A stretch of 64,000 bases of DNA from a bacterium (GTDB lineage Bacteria; Bacteroidota; Bacteroidia; Cytophagales; Cyclobacteriaceae), in assembly GCA_024743255.1 (NCBI GenBank), contig JANSWY010000006.1, positions 11,610 to 75,609 on the forward strand. Direction: 5' to 3'. Positions 9,317-19,290 of the stretch are shown piece after piece; position 1 is the stretch's first letter, and the number at the start of each line of letters is the position of its first letter. Under the pieces are notes generated by a model. It saw only the letters and a program-made list of their open reading frames with translations, made no database searches and was not told the DNA's origin. A program made the translations under genes and the position numbers.

Positions 9317-10666
9317 TCAATAATTCATTTTTCGCTTCATCCATTCGGTAAATTGGACTACATATGGGTTGATTTTAATGGCTTTTGCGGGAATTGGTGA
9401 TGACAATACAAGTCCCTCAAAAGAAGTGCATCTCGATAGTGCCACATAAACCTGCCCCTCTGAGAATGACTTTTCGAGATCCGCAATTACATAATCGAAT
9501 GTGAGTCCCTGACTTTTATGTACAGTAATAGCCCAGGCTAATCTCAAAGGAAACTGTTTCCATGTACCGATTACTTTCTTTTTGATCTTTTGGTCTTTAT
9601 CGTCCCATTCATATTTGATATTTTCCCACTCCTCCCTATCAACATGAATCACTTCGTGAATTTTGGTCTTCACTACAATCTTGTTCTTTGACAACTCTGT
9701 TACTGTGCCTATAGTACCATTAAAATATCGTCTCTCATCTCCACCATCATTTCTTACAAACATAACCTGAGAACCTTCTTTCAATTCAAGGATTTTCTCA
9801 GTTGGTGCTGCAGAATCCGCAAAGTCTCCACTTATCTGCGCTTTGTAGAAAAATGGATCTGTTTCTAGTTGGTCAAGTTTAACGCTATTTATAGTATTGA
9901 CTGAGTTATTGTGAGTGGCAAGAATCACATACTGCTGATCGTCTTCTACAATCTTGTCGGCAGAACTATTGAGATGTTCCAAATCATACTCGGAAAGTTC
10001 ATTTACCCTTATATTATTCAGCAAATCAATAAACTGAGGATCGCTTTGTCGATAAACCTTTTCCAGCTCATAGTAATGAAACCCGGTCTTTTTAAAAGCC
10101 TCTGAACTGAAGAAAAATGGACTCCTGTAAAACGAGGACAGCAAACCCCACTCCTCTCTATTCACAACTGGTGGCAACTGAAAAACATCTCCAATTAATA
10201 ATGTTTGTACTCCTCCAAATGGCTCATAACTATTCCGATAAGTCATCAAAATTTTGCTTACCATATCCAAGAGGTCTGCACGAACCATTGAGACTTCATC
10301 AATGATTAATAACTCCAGGCTGTTGAGGAGCTCAATTTTCTTTTTATTGTATTTAAAATGCTTTCTTAAATTATCTACATCGTATTCCTTATCATTGGGA
10401 AGTAATGGCCCAAATCCAATTTTGAAGAATGAATGAATGGTTTGACCTCCTGCGTTAATCGCTGCAACTCCTGTAGGCGCCAAGACTACCATTGTTTTAT
10501 CAACAGATATCTTAAGGTGCTTCAAAAATGTAGTTTTTCCAGTCCCTGCTTTACCGGTGAGGTAAATGGATTGTCCTCTATCAACAACTGTATTCAGGGC
10601 CTCATTAAATACCCTATTGTCCCTATCTATTTCCTGAAATGTTTCGATGAAGCTAAGATATACTGA
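9317..10666 (-). CDS. PIF1/RecD-like superfamily-1 DNA helicase (N-terminus extended beyond the ORF-track start)
   Basis: ORF track begins at a TTG (10525) that lies after the Walker A motif. In the same frame upstream, with no stop until TAA (complement of 10667-10669), the translation reads …FIETFQEIDRDNRVFNEALNTVVDRGQSIYLTGKAGTGKTTFLKHL…. Downstream motifs LLIIDEVSM, LIGDVFQLPPV and QGLTFDYV…VYVALSR are PIF1/RecD-like. Confidence 0.65.
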   Translation of the reverse strand, partial: SVYLSFIETFQEIDRDNRVFNEALNTVVDRGQSIYLTGKAGTGKTTFLKHLKISVDKTMVVLAPTGVAAINAGGQTIHSFFKIGFGPLLPNDKEYDVDNLRKHFKYNKKKIELLNSLELLIIDEVSMVRADLLDMVSKILMTYRNSYEPFGGVQTLLIGDVFQLPPVVNREEWGLLSSFYRSPFFFSSEAFKKTGFHYYELEKVYRQSDPQFIDLLNNIRVNELSEYDLEHLNSSADKIVEDDQQYVILATHNNSVNTINSVKLDQLETDPFFYKAQISGDFADSAAPTEKILELKEGSQVMFVRNDGGDERRYFNGTIGTVTELSKNKIVVKTKIHEVIHVDREEWENIKYEWDDKDQKIKKKVIGTWKQFPLRLAWAITVHKSQGLTFDYVIADLEKSFSEGQVYVALSRCTSFEGLVLSSPIPAKAIKINPYVVQFTEWMKRKMNY

Positions 10667-10685
10667 TTAGTAATGGAAATTGATC

Positions 10686-12242
10686 TTATCCGTTCTTTTG
10701 ATCTGTAACATCACGTAAAAATGCCGCTGCTCCGATCGGCCTGCCATTTTTATCTGTGATAGGATTAAAATAACATTCGAAATGAATCATACCTCCGGAT
10801 TTGTCTTCAAATTCAAGATCTAACTGCACTCTTTCACCATCAATTACTTTGTTAAATACATCTTTGTAATATTCTTCCTTCTCCGGTATAAATTCATAAT
10901 TTCCGCCGACCTGAGGAGCTTCCCCTGTTCTTTTTTCGTATATGTCCCTGTATGCTGAATTGAAGTAAATAAACTTTCTGGATTTATCAACTGCAAAAAT
11001 AAAATCCCGTGTATTCTCCATCATACTGCTTAATACAGCACCATTCCTCTCAAGTTGTTCCTGAATTTCTTTTCTTCCTGAAATATCTCTTGTATTGGAC
11101 TGGAAGGATACTTCCACTCCATCCTCAATTACTTTTTTGTTTACCGTTTCTACCCAAACATAAGTATCGTCTTTCCTTCTAAACCGATATTGGGCCGAAC
11201 TTAGAAACGAATTTTCAAATCGTGATTCCTCTTTTATTCTTTGAAGATCATCTGGATGAAAGTAAGAGTAGCCATTTTTTCCAACCAGCTCTTCAGGCTC
11301 ATATCCTAATAATTCTTTACTGTAAGGAGAAACGTAAATAAAGGTTCCATCCAATTCCGTAAGACAAGTAAGGTCTCTGGAATTTTCTGTCACCAATCGG
11401 TAAAGCTCTTCACTTTTCAACAGAGAATCTCGTAATTCCACAATATCTGAGATATCCCTGGCAACAGCACTTACCCTATCAAGTTCCCCATTTTGGTAGT
11501 GAAAAGTCACATTCTGCCCGATCCAGATAACGTCACCTTTTCGGGATTTTATCCTGAACTCCTGATATCCTGTATTCCTTCCCTGACTAATGATTTTTCG
11601 GTGATAAGCTCTAACCGAATCAATATCATCTTCATGAACTATTTGCCTATAATTCATTTGCAAAAGCTCATTTGTTGAATAACCAGAAAAGGCTCTGAAT
11701 CTACTATTTACTGTGATGTAATTACCCTTTCCATCCATCTCATAGATGATATCAACAACATGCTCTATAAGGTTCTTATATATCTTTAGCTTGGCGTTTA
11801 TCAGCGCAGACGATACTTGATTAGTCAATATTTGAAGGGACTTACTTTGAGCAGAATTCAATTTAGAAATGACATCATCAATAACACATAACAATCCTAC
11901 CACATTATTTTCTGCATCAAACACCTTATATCCTGCCATGTAGGAAAAGACACTATCTCCACAGGAAAAAGGGTGTCCAAGGATTTCAAGGTGCTCGCTC
12001 TTTGAACCACGATTGTTTGAAATCACCTCTCTGTTCCAGACACATTCTTTGTGCCGATCTATACCAAAGGAAGAATGGATTTTTTGATTATTCCCATCAA
12101 AACTAATGATTACAGCAGCGGACACTCCGCAGCTTTGAGTTGCGAGATAGCATATGTCATTAAATGAAATGGTTCTTAAAACCGTACCATCTCTATCTAG
12201 GTGCTCTGTTTGGTGACTTTCTGAAGCATCGGATTGGCCCAT
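10686..12242 (-). CDS. GAF plus triple-PAS sensor protein with no output domain
   Basis: N-terminal GAF-like region, then three PAS/PAC-like repeats (for example YITVNSRFRAFSGYSTNELLQMNYRQIVHEDD and FIYVSPYSKELLGYEPEELVGKNGYSYFHPDD). No kinase, GGDEF or HTH domain. Confidence 0.6.
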   Translation of the reverse strand: MGQSDASESHQTEHLDRDGTVLRTISFNDICYLATQSCGVSAAVIISFDGNNQKIHSSFGIDRHKECVWNREVISNNRGSKSEHLEILGHPFSCGDSVFSYMAGYKVFDAENNVVGLLCVIDDVISKLNSAQSKSLQILTNQVSSALINAKLKIYKNLIEHVVDIIYEMDGKGNYITVNSRFRAFSGYSTNELLQMNYRQIVHEDDIDSVRAYHRKIISQGRNTGYQEFRIKSRKGDVIWIGQNVTFHYQNGELDRVSAVARDISDIVELRDSLLKSEELYRLVTENSRDLTCLTELDGTFIYVSPYSKELLGYEPEELVGKNGYSYFHPDDLQRIKEESRFENSFLSSAQYRFRRKDDTYVWVETVNKKVIEDGVEVSFQSNTRDISGRKEIQEQLERNGAVLSSMMENTRDFIFAVDKSRKFIYFNSAYRDIYEKRTGEAPQVGGNYEFIPEKEEYYKDVFNKVIDGERVQLDLEFEDKSGGMIHFECYFNPITDKNGRPIGAAAFLRDVTDQKNG

Positions 12243-12307
12243 AGTTCTCTAGTATGATTCCAACAATTTGAATCATTCCATTTTCCTGTAGCTTCTGCAA
12301 ATCTAAT

Positions 12308-12643
12308 TTATTTTTTCTTTCCTCTGAATTTTGCTATTCTCTCGTCTGTTCTTGACAGTAGGTACCACCACTCCTCATCGTCCTTGTAGGTTCTAACAGC
12401 ACCGGCTCTAACAAGGATTTTCCGAAGCTCATTTTCCTCATCATCCCAACCTCCAAGAGTTTTCTTAATCGCCTCAAAACTGCGGTCAATATAACCCTTA
12501 TGCTTTAATAACCGCTTTGCAGCTTTTTCAGCCATTATGTTGGTTTTATGGGCATTGAGATCCTGCTTCAACTTCATATAAGCTAGAGTAGTACTTAGAA
12601 TAGCTGGAATTGACGAAATAATAATTGTCTCAGTAAAGGTCAT
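12308..12643 (-). CDS. Hypothetical protein with N-terminal TM helix
   Basis: 111-aa ORF. N-terminal TM helix IIISSIPAILSTTLAY and a charged C-terminus. Confidence 0.3.
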   Translation of the reverse strand: MTFTETIIISSIPAILSTTLAYMKLKQDLNAHKTNIMAEKAAKRLLKHKGYIDRSFEAIKKTLGGWDDEENELRKILVRAGAVRTYKDDEEWWYLLSRTDERIAKFRGKKK

Positions 12644-12665
12644 TGGTTAATAATTTGTGTGGTAA

Positions 12666-13244
12666 TTAGTTCAGTGCTTTTTGTACTATGCTGGTTTCTT
12701 CATCAGTTAATGGTAATTGCAACGCCAATTCATGCCCTTTTGCAGTCATTTTACCCCATGTCTTCCTTACGATATCAATTACTTTCTCCTCTCCGTGCTT
12801 AGGAATAAATTCACCAAAATAGTATTTCAGAAAGACGAGGCAAACGACATCTTCCAACTCTTTGCTCTCATCATCTGTTTTAAGCTTTTTCTTTGTGACA
12901 AGTGTTGCTACCCTTTCAATCTCATCTGCTCCGTATCCTTCGCCCTGCATGATTTCAGAAAGGATCTCAGCATGTTTTAATTTCAATTGAGTCCGCCATT
13001 TTAGATATCCCTTTCTATCCATAGAGAACTCATCTCTGCTGATCATCCATCGTTTAATGTGTTGACCTCTGGCTGCAATTTGTAATACCTCAGATGATTC
13101 TTCATTGTAGAACTTGAGCATTTCTGTCATTCTTTGTCCGTAGATTAATTCCTTTGCCTCCTCCTTGTCTCCTACTTTAATCTTATTGGGATCTTCAGAA
13201 TTGATCTCGTCAATCCTATCGAATACAGATAATAATTTGCTCAT
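12666..13244 (-). CDS. Hypothetical protein (tentatively DUF4202-like)
   Basis: 192 aa. Block QIAARGQHIKRWMISRDEFSMDRKGYLKWRTQLKLKHAEIL resembles my recollection of DUF4202. Not verified. Confidence 0.35.
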   Translation of the reverse strand: MSKLLSVFDRIDEINSEDPNKIKVGDKEEAKELIYGQRMTEMLKFYNEESSEVLQIAARGQHIKRWMISRDEFSMDRKGYLKWRTQLKLKHAEILSEIMQGEGYGADEIERVATLVTKKKLKTDDESKELEDVVCLVFLKYYFGEFIPKHGEEKVIDIVRKTWGKMTAKGHELALQLPLTDEETSIVQKALN

Positions 13245-13467
13245 AACTTATCCTGAATTTGGTACGGGAAGTTATTAAAATCCGGTTATTAAACTATCTC
13301 TAATCTCTATTTTTGAATAATTAGACTGCATTTTACAGCAGAAAACGTTATATTTAGATAGCCCATCGAATGAAATCAGCTATTCATCTAAATAAAGGAC
13401 GAACTCAGGTAAAAGATGATTTAATTTGTTTTGACTAATAAACATTTAACCAGCATTATAAAAAATC

Positions 13468-14601
13468 TTGGAAGTAAAAACTGACACACCGCAATCTACC
13501 GAGAAGAAAAGGAATTTTAAGGTATACGACATCCTGATCATTGAGGATGATCCGATTCAAACCTTATTGCTTAAAAAGTTATTCCAAACTTATGAGCACA
13601 TTTATAATCCTATCTTCAAGGATTCAATAGCCTCTGCTTCAACATTTCTGGAGAAGAATGAGGTAAATGCGATTGTTTCGGATTACAATCTCCCAGATGG
13701 TACAGGTAGCGATCTCATCTATTACGAGCCAGATGTTCCTATAATCATTATGACTGCTACAAAAGACATTGATCTTGTAGTGGAACTAATGAAGAATGAT
13801 GAGATATACGATTTCGTTCTTAAGGAATATGAGAAGAACTTCATAGAAATTCTTCACAGGACACTTCAAAGAGCAATCAAGAAGTTTCAGCTTAGTATCG
13901 CTCTTGAGAACCAAAAAGCTCTTTTCAAGCAATTAGTTGAAAATATCAATGACGTTATTATCGAAACTAATGCTGCCGGGCAAATTAAGTACACCAATGC
14001 TCAGGTGTTTGAGCTGACTGGATACAAATCATTAGAGTTACACAGCAAAAGCTTCACTAATCTGATTGATTCTGAAGTTGCTAAAAGCATTGAAGAGTTT
14101 TATCAGACCCAGGAAACAGAAAAATCCGATCATTCATATTACGAGTTTCCTATCACTACTAAGTCCGGCGAAACAAAATGGGTTGGACAAACTGCTAAGA
14201 TCAGATTAAACGGTCAGGGTGAGTTTGCGGGATTCTTATTTGTGACCAGAGACATTACTGCCAAGAAAACTCAAGAAGATAAGATTAAGGAACAGAATAA
14301 TCAATTACAACGTCAGAATGAGGAGATCAAGAGAAACTACGAGGAGCTAGCAAAAGCACGATCAAGTAGAAAAGCCCTCGGTATCACACTAGTCTTAGCG
14401 ATTTTCTTATTTATCGTTTCTGAAGCATTCCTTGAACCAATAATTGAAAGCCAAACAGGAAATAGCTTGACGGGTCTTGCAATGAAAGGTGTAATTGCAT
14501 TACTACTGAAGCCATTTGACAATATAGTTGAAAGATTCCTGGTAAAAAGGCAAATCAAGAAGAATAAGGCCAGAATGGAAGAAGAGGGAATTAATTCCTA
14601 A
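13468..14601 (+). CDS. Response-regulator receiver + PAS protein with C-terminal membrane segment
   Basis: REC signature ILIIEDDPIQ…VSDYNLPDGTG…IIIMTATKD; PAS block IIETNAAGQIKYTNAQVFELTGY; C-terminal hydrophobic helix. Only a TTG start is available upstream of the REC domain. Confidence 0.55.
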   Translation: MEVKTDTPQSTEKKRNFKVYDILIIEDDPIQTLLLKKLFQTYEHIYNPIFKDSIASASTFLEKNEVNAIVSDYNLPDGTGSDLIYYEPDVPIIIMTATKDIDLVVELMKNDEIYDFVLKEYEKNFIEILHRTLQRAIKKFQLSIALENQKALFKQLVENINDVIIETNAAGQIKYTNAQVFELTGYKSLELHSKSFTNLIDSEVAKSIEEFYQTQETEKSDHSYYEFPITTKSGETKWVGQTAKIRLNGQGEFAGFLFVTRDITAKKTQEDKIKEQNNQLQRQNEEIKRNYEELAKARSSRKALGITLVLAIFLFIVSEAFLEPIIESQTGNSLTGLAMKGVIALLLKPFDNIVERFLVKRQIKKNKARMEEEGINS

Positions 14602-14743
14602 TCCAAACCAGGTTACCCATATTCCAAGCATTTTAATCACTGGAGCAAATCAGACTCAGTATATCTTTGGAGCAATCTTGTCCAAGATGATTTCAGAATT
14701 TGATTCAAAATTCTATTTTTACAGCCTCTAAAATTCTAATACT

Positions 14744-15514
14744 ATGCTGGATAACCTGTTTACCCTTGTAATGCTAATCCTTCTCCAAGCAGTCCTTGGA
14801 TTTGATAACTTATTGTATATTTCAATTGAGTCAAAAAGAGCTCCAATTGAGAAGCAGCCAATGGTGCGAATGTGGGGTATTGGAATTGCAATTGTGCTCA
14901 GGTTAGGGCTTCTTTTCTTGTTAGTTAACCTCCTTCCCTATTTCCAAAATTCGATCTTACCAATTCATGTAGGGTTCATTGATGCCGAGTTTACTATACA
15001 TAGTCTTATCGTACTGGGTGGTGGTGTGTTCATCATGTATACTGCAGTGAAAGAAATCTGGCATATGGTTTATCTGGAAGAAAGTGAAGAAACCGAGGGG
15101 AAATCAAAATCTTCTATCGGGAATGTGATCTTATGGATCGTGATTATGAATATCATTTTCTCATTTGATTCAATTCTTAGTGCAATGGCACTTAGTGATG
15201 TATTCTGGGTAATGGCAACAGCAATCGTCATTAGTGGAGTAATGATGATCTGGTTATCAGGTACAGTATCGACTTTCCTTCATAAAAACCGACTATATGA
15301 AGTTTTGGGTCTTTTCATCTTACTGCTGGTTGGAGTGATGTTGATTTCTGAAGGAGGACATTTGGCAGAATTAGTTCTATTTGGTGGCCATGTAACACCT
15401 CTAAGCAAAACCACATTCTACTTTGTGATCTTCTTCCTGGTTGTTACTGATATCGTGCAGGGCAGATATCAAAGAAAGCTCCTGAAAAAACGTGAAAGCA
15501 AGCAAAATGCTTAA
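14744..15514 (+). CDS. TerC-family integral membrane protein
   Basis: MLDNLFTLVMLILLQAVLGFDNLLYISIE… is the characteristic TerC N-terminus. Multi-TM. Confidence 0.6.
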   Translation: MLDNLFTLVMLILLQAVLGFDNLLYISIESKRAPIEKQPMVRMWGIGIAIVLRLGLLFLLVNLLPYFQNSILPIHVGFIDAEFTIHSLIVLGGGVFIMYTAVKEIWHMVYLEESEETEGKSKSSIGNVILWIVIMNIIFSFDSILSAMALSDVFWVMATAIVISGVMMIWLSGTVSTFLHKNRLYEVLGLFILLLVGVMLISEGGHLAELVLFGGHVTPLSKTTFYFVIFFLVVTDIVQGRYQRKLLKKRESKQNA

Positions 15515-15707
15515 CATTCCGGTTTTGTACTTTTAGAAGAAGATTCCCAAGTCATATGAATACCTTCATAGAGTAGAAATATTCATTTATCGGGATAAAA
15601 TATCACTTCATCGATAATCCAGTGAAGTTGTTTTGAATATGGCTGTTTTGAGGCATTTTTGTACTATATTACTGTAGAGGAAATTAACACGGACACTCAA
15701 TTTAGCT

Positions 15708-16277
15708 ATGCATTTTAAACAATCAGTTTACATTTTTTTCGGTTTCTTGGCCATTCTTTGTTTGCCATCACTCTCTTATGCACAAGACGAAGAGGAGAAC
15801 CTGACTGAAAAATTTGATGATGTTAGCTACCGTTGGGATCTCATTGCCGAAATGCTGGAAGAATACTCTGGACTAAACGCCTACTGCAAAGTAGATAGCT
15901 TTAGAATTGAGGTAATTTCAGTATTGAATGACATTCATCACTATGACACTTTAATCTACAGAAGACTGGTGCAGCTTTCGTACTATGAAAATAATCACGA
16001 AATCAAAAAGACACTAGAGCAAATCAAGCAATTTGAAAAAGAATTTAGTGCAGCTAAGTTCATCCACCACTTAAATGCTGAGTGCAAGGACAGTCGGGAG
16101 ATTGAACATAACAAGAAAAATACATTAGGTAATATTGGCGATGAAAGTTACAGTGGCCAGATATTGAATGTTCAGAATGCTGCTTATCGCTATATCCATC
16201 ACATTACAAAATTAGTAGATCATATTCGAGATCACGTGCATCACTTGCACGTGGATGATATCAGTGCGAACTATTAA
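15708..16277 (+). CDS. Hypothetical secreted protein with His-rich C-terminus
   Basis: Signal peptide; C-terminal HHITKLVDHIRDHVHHLHVDD. Confidence 0.35.
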   Translation: MHFKQSVYIFFGFLAILCLPSLSYAQDEEENLTEKFDDVSYRWDLIAEMLEEYSGLNAYCKVDSFRIEVISVLNDIHHYDTLIYRRLVQLSYYENNHEIKKTLEQIKQFEKEFSAAKFIHHLNAECKDSREIEHNKKNTLGNIGDESYSGQILNVQNAAYRYIHHITKLVDHIRDHVHHLHVDDISANY

Positions 16278-16337
16278 TACCTCATAATTTACATTTGGGC
16301 TTTATGATCTTTTGAGCAAGGTCATTATATTAACAGC

Positions 16338-18074
16338 ATGAAACCATTGCTGGCGGTCTTACTATTGATTTTTGTCACAGAATCCAACGCACAGGACTCT
16401 CTGACCAAGAAAATTGAATATGCTCATAAGCTGGCAAATTCAAACCCGGATTCCGCTCTTATCATTTACGATCAAATAATTGATCAGACACACCCTGATT
16501 CACTACTTCATATCAAAGCCTTCACAGGGAAGGGTAATGCTTTCTATTTCAAATCAGAATATGACAGCTCATTATCATGGCGACTTAAAGCATTAAAACT
16601 TTCGGAGGAAAAAGGGTTTACAAAAGAGGCTGCATCCAACAGGAATAATCTTGGTTCATTTTATATGACACTTGGTAAGCTCCAAAAGGCATCAGAATAT
16701 TTAGATCAGGCCTACATTGATTTCACAAATCTGAAAGACACTGTTTGGCTTACTCGTGTGATTATCAATCAAGCTGGTGTCGATTTTATGTCGGGAAGAA
16801 CTGATCCGTCTCTTGAGAAACTAAAAAAAGCAGCACAATTATGCAAGCTCACTGGCAATGTCCAATCTGAAGGAGGAACTTACACTAACATTTCAATTGT
16901 ATATAGATCTCTGGGCAAGGTTGACAGTGCTCTGACTTATGTTGACAAAGGAATTCAGCTACTGGAAGAGCAAGGAGATCAAAGAGCTATTGTATTGAGT
17001 CTTAAAGAAAAAGGCAACCTCCTTCTACAATTCAATCGGTTAGAAGATGCAAAACAGGAGTTCCTCAAGATGAATAAAAAGGCTTCTGAAATGGACTACA
17101 AAGTTGGAGTGATGGAGAGTTTTAATCTTCTGGCTCAAACAGAAAAAACTCAAAATGAATATCAATCGGCATTTCAAAACCTTGAAAATGCTATGAAATG
17201 GAAAGATAGTGTACTAACAGAAAAAAATATTGAAGTAGTAAGCGAATTAGAAGCCAAATATGAATCCGACAAAAAAGATTCAGAAATTGAATTACTCTCT
17301 AAGGAAAATGCTCTTCAGGAGTCTGAGAAAAACACATACATCGCAATGTCCGCAGGTATTTTATCTATTACACTGCTGGTGTTGGTGCTATTCATTCAAA
17401 AGCAGCGAGTCAACAAAGTATTATCCGAAAAGAATAATACAATTTCAAAATCACTTGCAGAAAGGGAGTTATTATTAAAAGAGATACACCATCGGGTAAA
17501 GAACAATTTACAGATTGTAAGTAGCCTGTTAAATGTACAATCGCGGTTTCTTCCAGATGCTGAATCTAAGAAAGCAATCCAGGAAGGAAGAAACAGAGTT
17601 CAATCCATGGCTTTAGTTCATCAAAAGCTTTATCAGAATGAAGATTTAGCCAAAATCGAAATCCCTGAATATCTTGGCCAATTGAGCGAAACGCTATTCA
17701 ACTCTTACAACATAGATGAAGAAAGAATACAACTCAACACCAATATTGAGCCTGTTCAGTTAGATTTGGATACTACAATCTATTTGGGTCTGATGGTTAA
17801 CGAGCTTGTTTCAAATGCTTTAAAATATGCTTTTCCTGATTCTATGGAAGGAAAAATTGAAGTCTCCCTCCGGAAAAACAATGATTCTATCCAGCTTCAA
17901 GTTTCCGATAATGGAGTAGGATCCAGTGCATTATCAAATGAAACCGGTTACGGAACCAGATTGATTCAAACGCTTTCGAGAGGATTAAAGGCGACAGTAG
18001 AGACCTTACAAAAAGATGGTACAACAATTTCAGTAACTTTTAGAAACCATGAGCCTATCATTGCTAATAGTTGA
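16338..18074 (+). CDS. TPR-repeat sensor histidine kinase (HisKA_2-type)
   Basis: Signal peptide, TPR-like repeats, one TM helix, HHRVKNNLQIVSSLLNVQSRF (HisKA_2 H-box), HATPase_c motifs (NALKYAFP, DNGVG). Confidence 0.7.
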   Translation: MKPLLAVLLLIFVTESNAQDSLTKKIEYAHKLANSNPDSALIIYDQIIDQTHPDSLLHIKAFTGKGNAFYFKSEYDSSLSWRLKALKLSEEKGFTKEAASNRNNLGSFYMTLGKLQKASEYLDQAYIDFTNLKDTVWLTRVIINQAGVDFMSGRTDPSLEKLKKAAQLCKLTGNVQSEGGTYTNISIVYRSLGKVDSALTYVDKGIQLLEEQGDQRAIVLSLKEKGNLLLQFNRLEDAKQEFLKMNKKASEMDYKVGVMESFNLLAQTEKTQNEYQSAFQNLENAMKWKDSVLTEKNIEVVSELEAKYESDKKDSEIELLSKENALQESEKNTYIAMSAGILSITLLVLVLFIQKQRVNKVLSEKNNTISKSLAERELLLKEIHHRVKNNLQIVSSLLNVQSRFLPDAESKKAIQEGRNRVQSMALVHQKLYQNEDLAKIEIPEYLGQLSETLFNSYNIDEERIQLNTNIEPVQLDLDTTIYLGLMVNELVSNALKYAFPDSMEGKIEVSLRKNNDSIQLQVSDNGVGSSALSNETGYGTRLIQTLSRGLKATVETLQKDGTTISVTFRNHEPIIANS

Positions 18075-18759
18075 GGATGAAGCAATCATCGCGGATGACC
18101 TTTCAATGATACTCGAGGATATCGGTTATCATATTGCTGGAATTGCAAGCTCTTTTGAAGAAGCAACTGAACTACTGGAGTCAGAAGCTCCTGACATGGT
18201 ACTATTAGACATCATGCTTAAGGGTGAAAAAACAGGAATTGACATTGCTGGGTTGATAAAAGAAAAGTATGATCTACCTTTTGTTTTTATCACTTCATTG
18301 TACGACAAATCAACAGTGGAGAAAGCCAATAAAACTAGACCATCAGGATATCTGGTGAAGCCATTCAAAGAATCAGATTTACAAGTCACACTGCAGTTAG
18401 CCTGGAAAAAGCACAAAGAATCGAAGGCAAAGGGTACTGAGAATAATGCCCAAAAAATATTCATCCGACATAATGGAGCAATGGTTCCTCTTGTTCCTGA
18501 TGAAATTCTTTATGTCGAAGCTTCCGACAATTACGCGATCTTCTATACTCAAGAAAAGCAATTTGTAGTGACGCAAACTCTAAAAAGTGTTGAAGATCAA
18601 TTAAATGGAACCGATTTTTGCAGAATTCATAAAACATACCTAATCAACCTCTCGAAAATTGACCTGATTGAACACAGTGTTGTTTTTATCAATGGGAAGG
18701 CCCTTCCAATCGGCAAAGTGTACAAGAAGGATTTATTGGAAAAAATTACTGTATTCTAA
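18049..18759 (+). CDS. LytTR-family response regulator
   Basis: REC domain (LLIVEDEAII…LLDIML) plus C-terminal LytTR DNA-binding domain. Overlaps the kinase gene by 26 nt. Confidence 0.8.
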   Translation: MSLSLLIVEDEAIIADDLSMILEDIGYHIAGIASSFEEATELLESEAPDMVLLDIMLKGEKTGIDIAGLIKEKYDLPFVFITSLYDKSTVEKANKTRPSGYLVKPFKESDLQVTLQLAWKKHKESKAKGTENNAQKIFIRHNGAMVPLVPDEILYVEASDNYAIFYTQEKQFVVTQTLKSVEDQLNGTDFCRIHKTYLINLSKIDLIEHSVVFINGKALPIGKVYKKDLLEKITVF

Positions 18760-18933
18760 ACCAGACGTTTACCATTACAATTCGATACTTACCACCAATA
18801 AATTGATCGTTCACCATGATTGATCCCCCCCTCTTGTAACGTGCTTGCTAGATTTATTCACATAATCACTAGTAGTAAAAGAAATTTAATTCCTAATTGA
18901 ACATTCCCAGTTATTTTCAAAACTGGTTCCTAA

Positions 18934-18966
18934 AAGGTCAACGGCATCCCGTTGGCCTTTTTTTTG
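18934..18966 (+). terminator. Rho-independent terminator
   Basis: ggtcaacggcatcccgttggcc hairpin followed by T8. Confidence 0.6.
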
Positions 18967-19252
18967 AGTTGTGAGTTTTGAGTTGAGCACGGTCGGAAAG
19001 GCTTGTTGAAATTATTTAGCCTCTTTCCATTTTGGGTGTGAGAATTAACAGAAATGGCAGCAACAATAAAAAGTCAAGTCAAAAGAGGTAGCATCCAATA
19101 AAACAAAACCCCAATTCAAAAATCCAAACTCAGAATTCAAAACTCAGAATTCATTAACTCCATCCATCCTTAGATTTTTAATTAATGATTGATTATATTT
19201 CATAAGTGATAGCCAGCTACACACCACACAGTAACTACTAGAATTACAACAA

Positions 19253-19273
19253 GATACCTATTAATTAGGTATC
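19253..19273. promoter_or_regulatory. Perfect palindromic candidate operator 18 nt upstream of the hybrid kinase gene
   Basis: gataccta-ttaa-ttaggtatc: 8-bp perfect inverted repeat around a TTAA core. Confidence 0.4.
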
Positions 19274-19290
19274 TGGTAACAAACGATCAA

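Noticed and set aside
10433-10666. 77-aa plus-strand ORF
   Set aside because: Antisense to the helicase N-terminus, including its P-loop. The helicase frame is far better supported.
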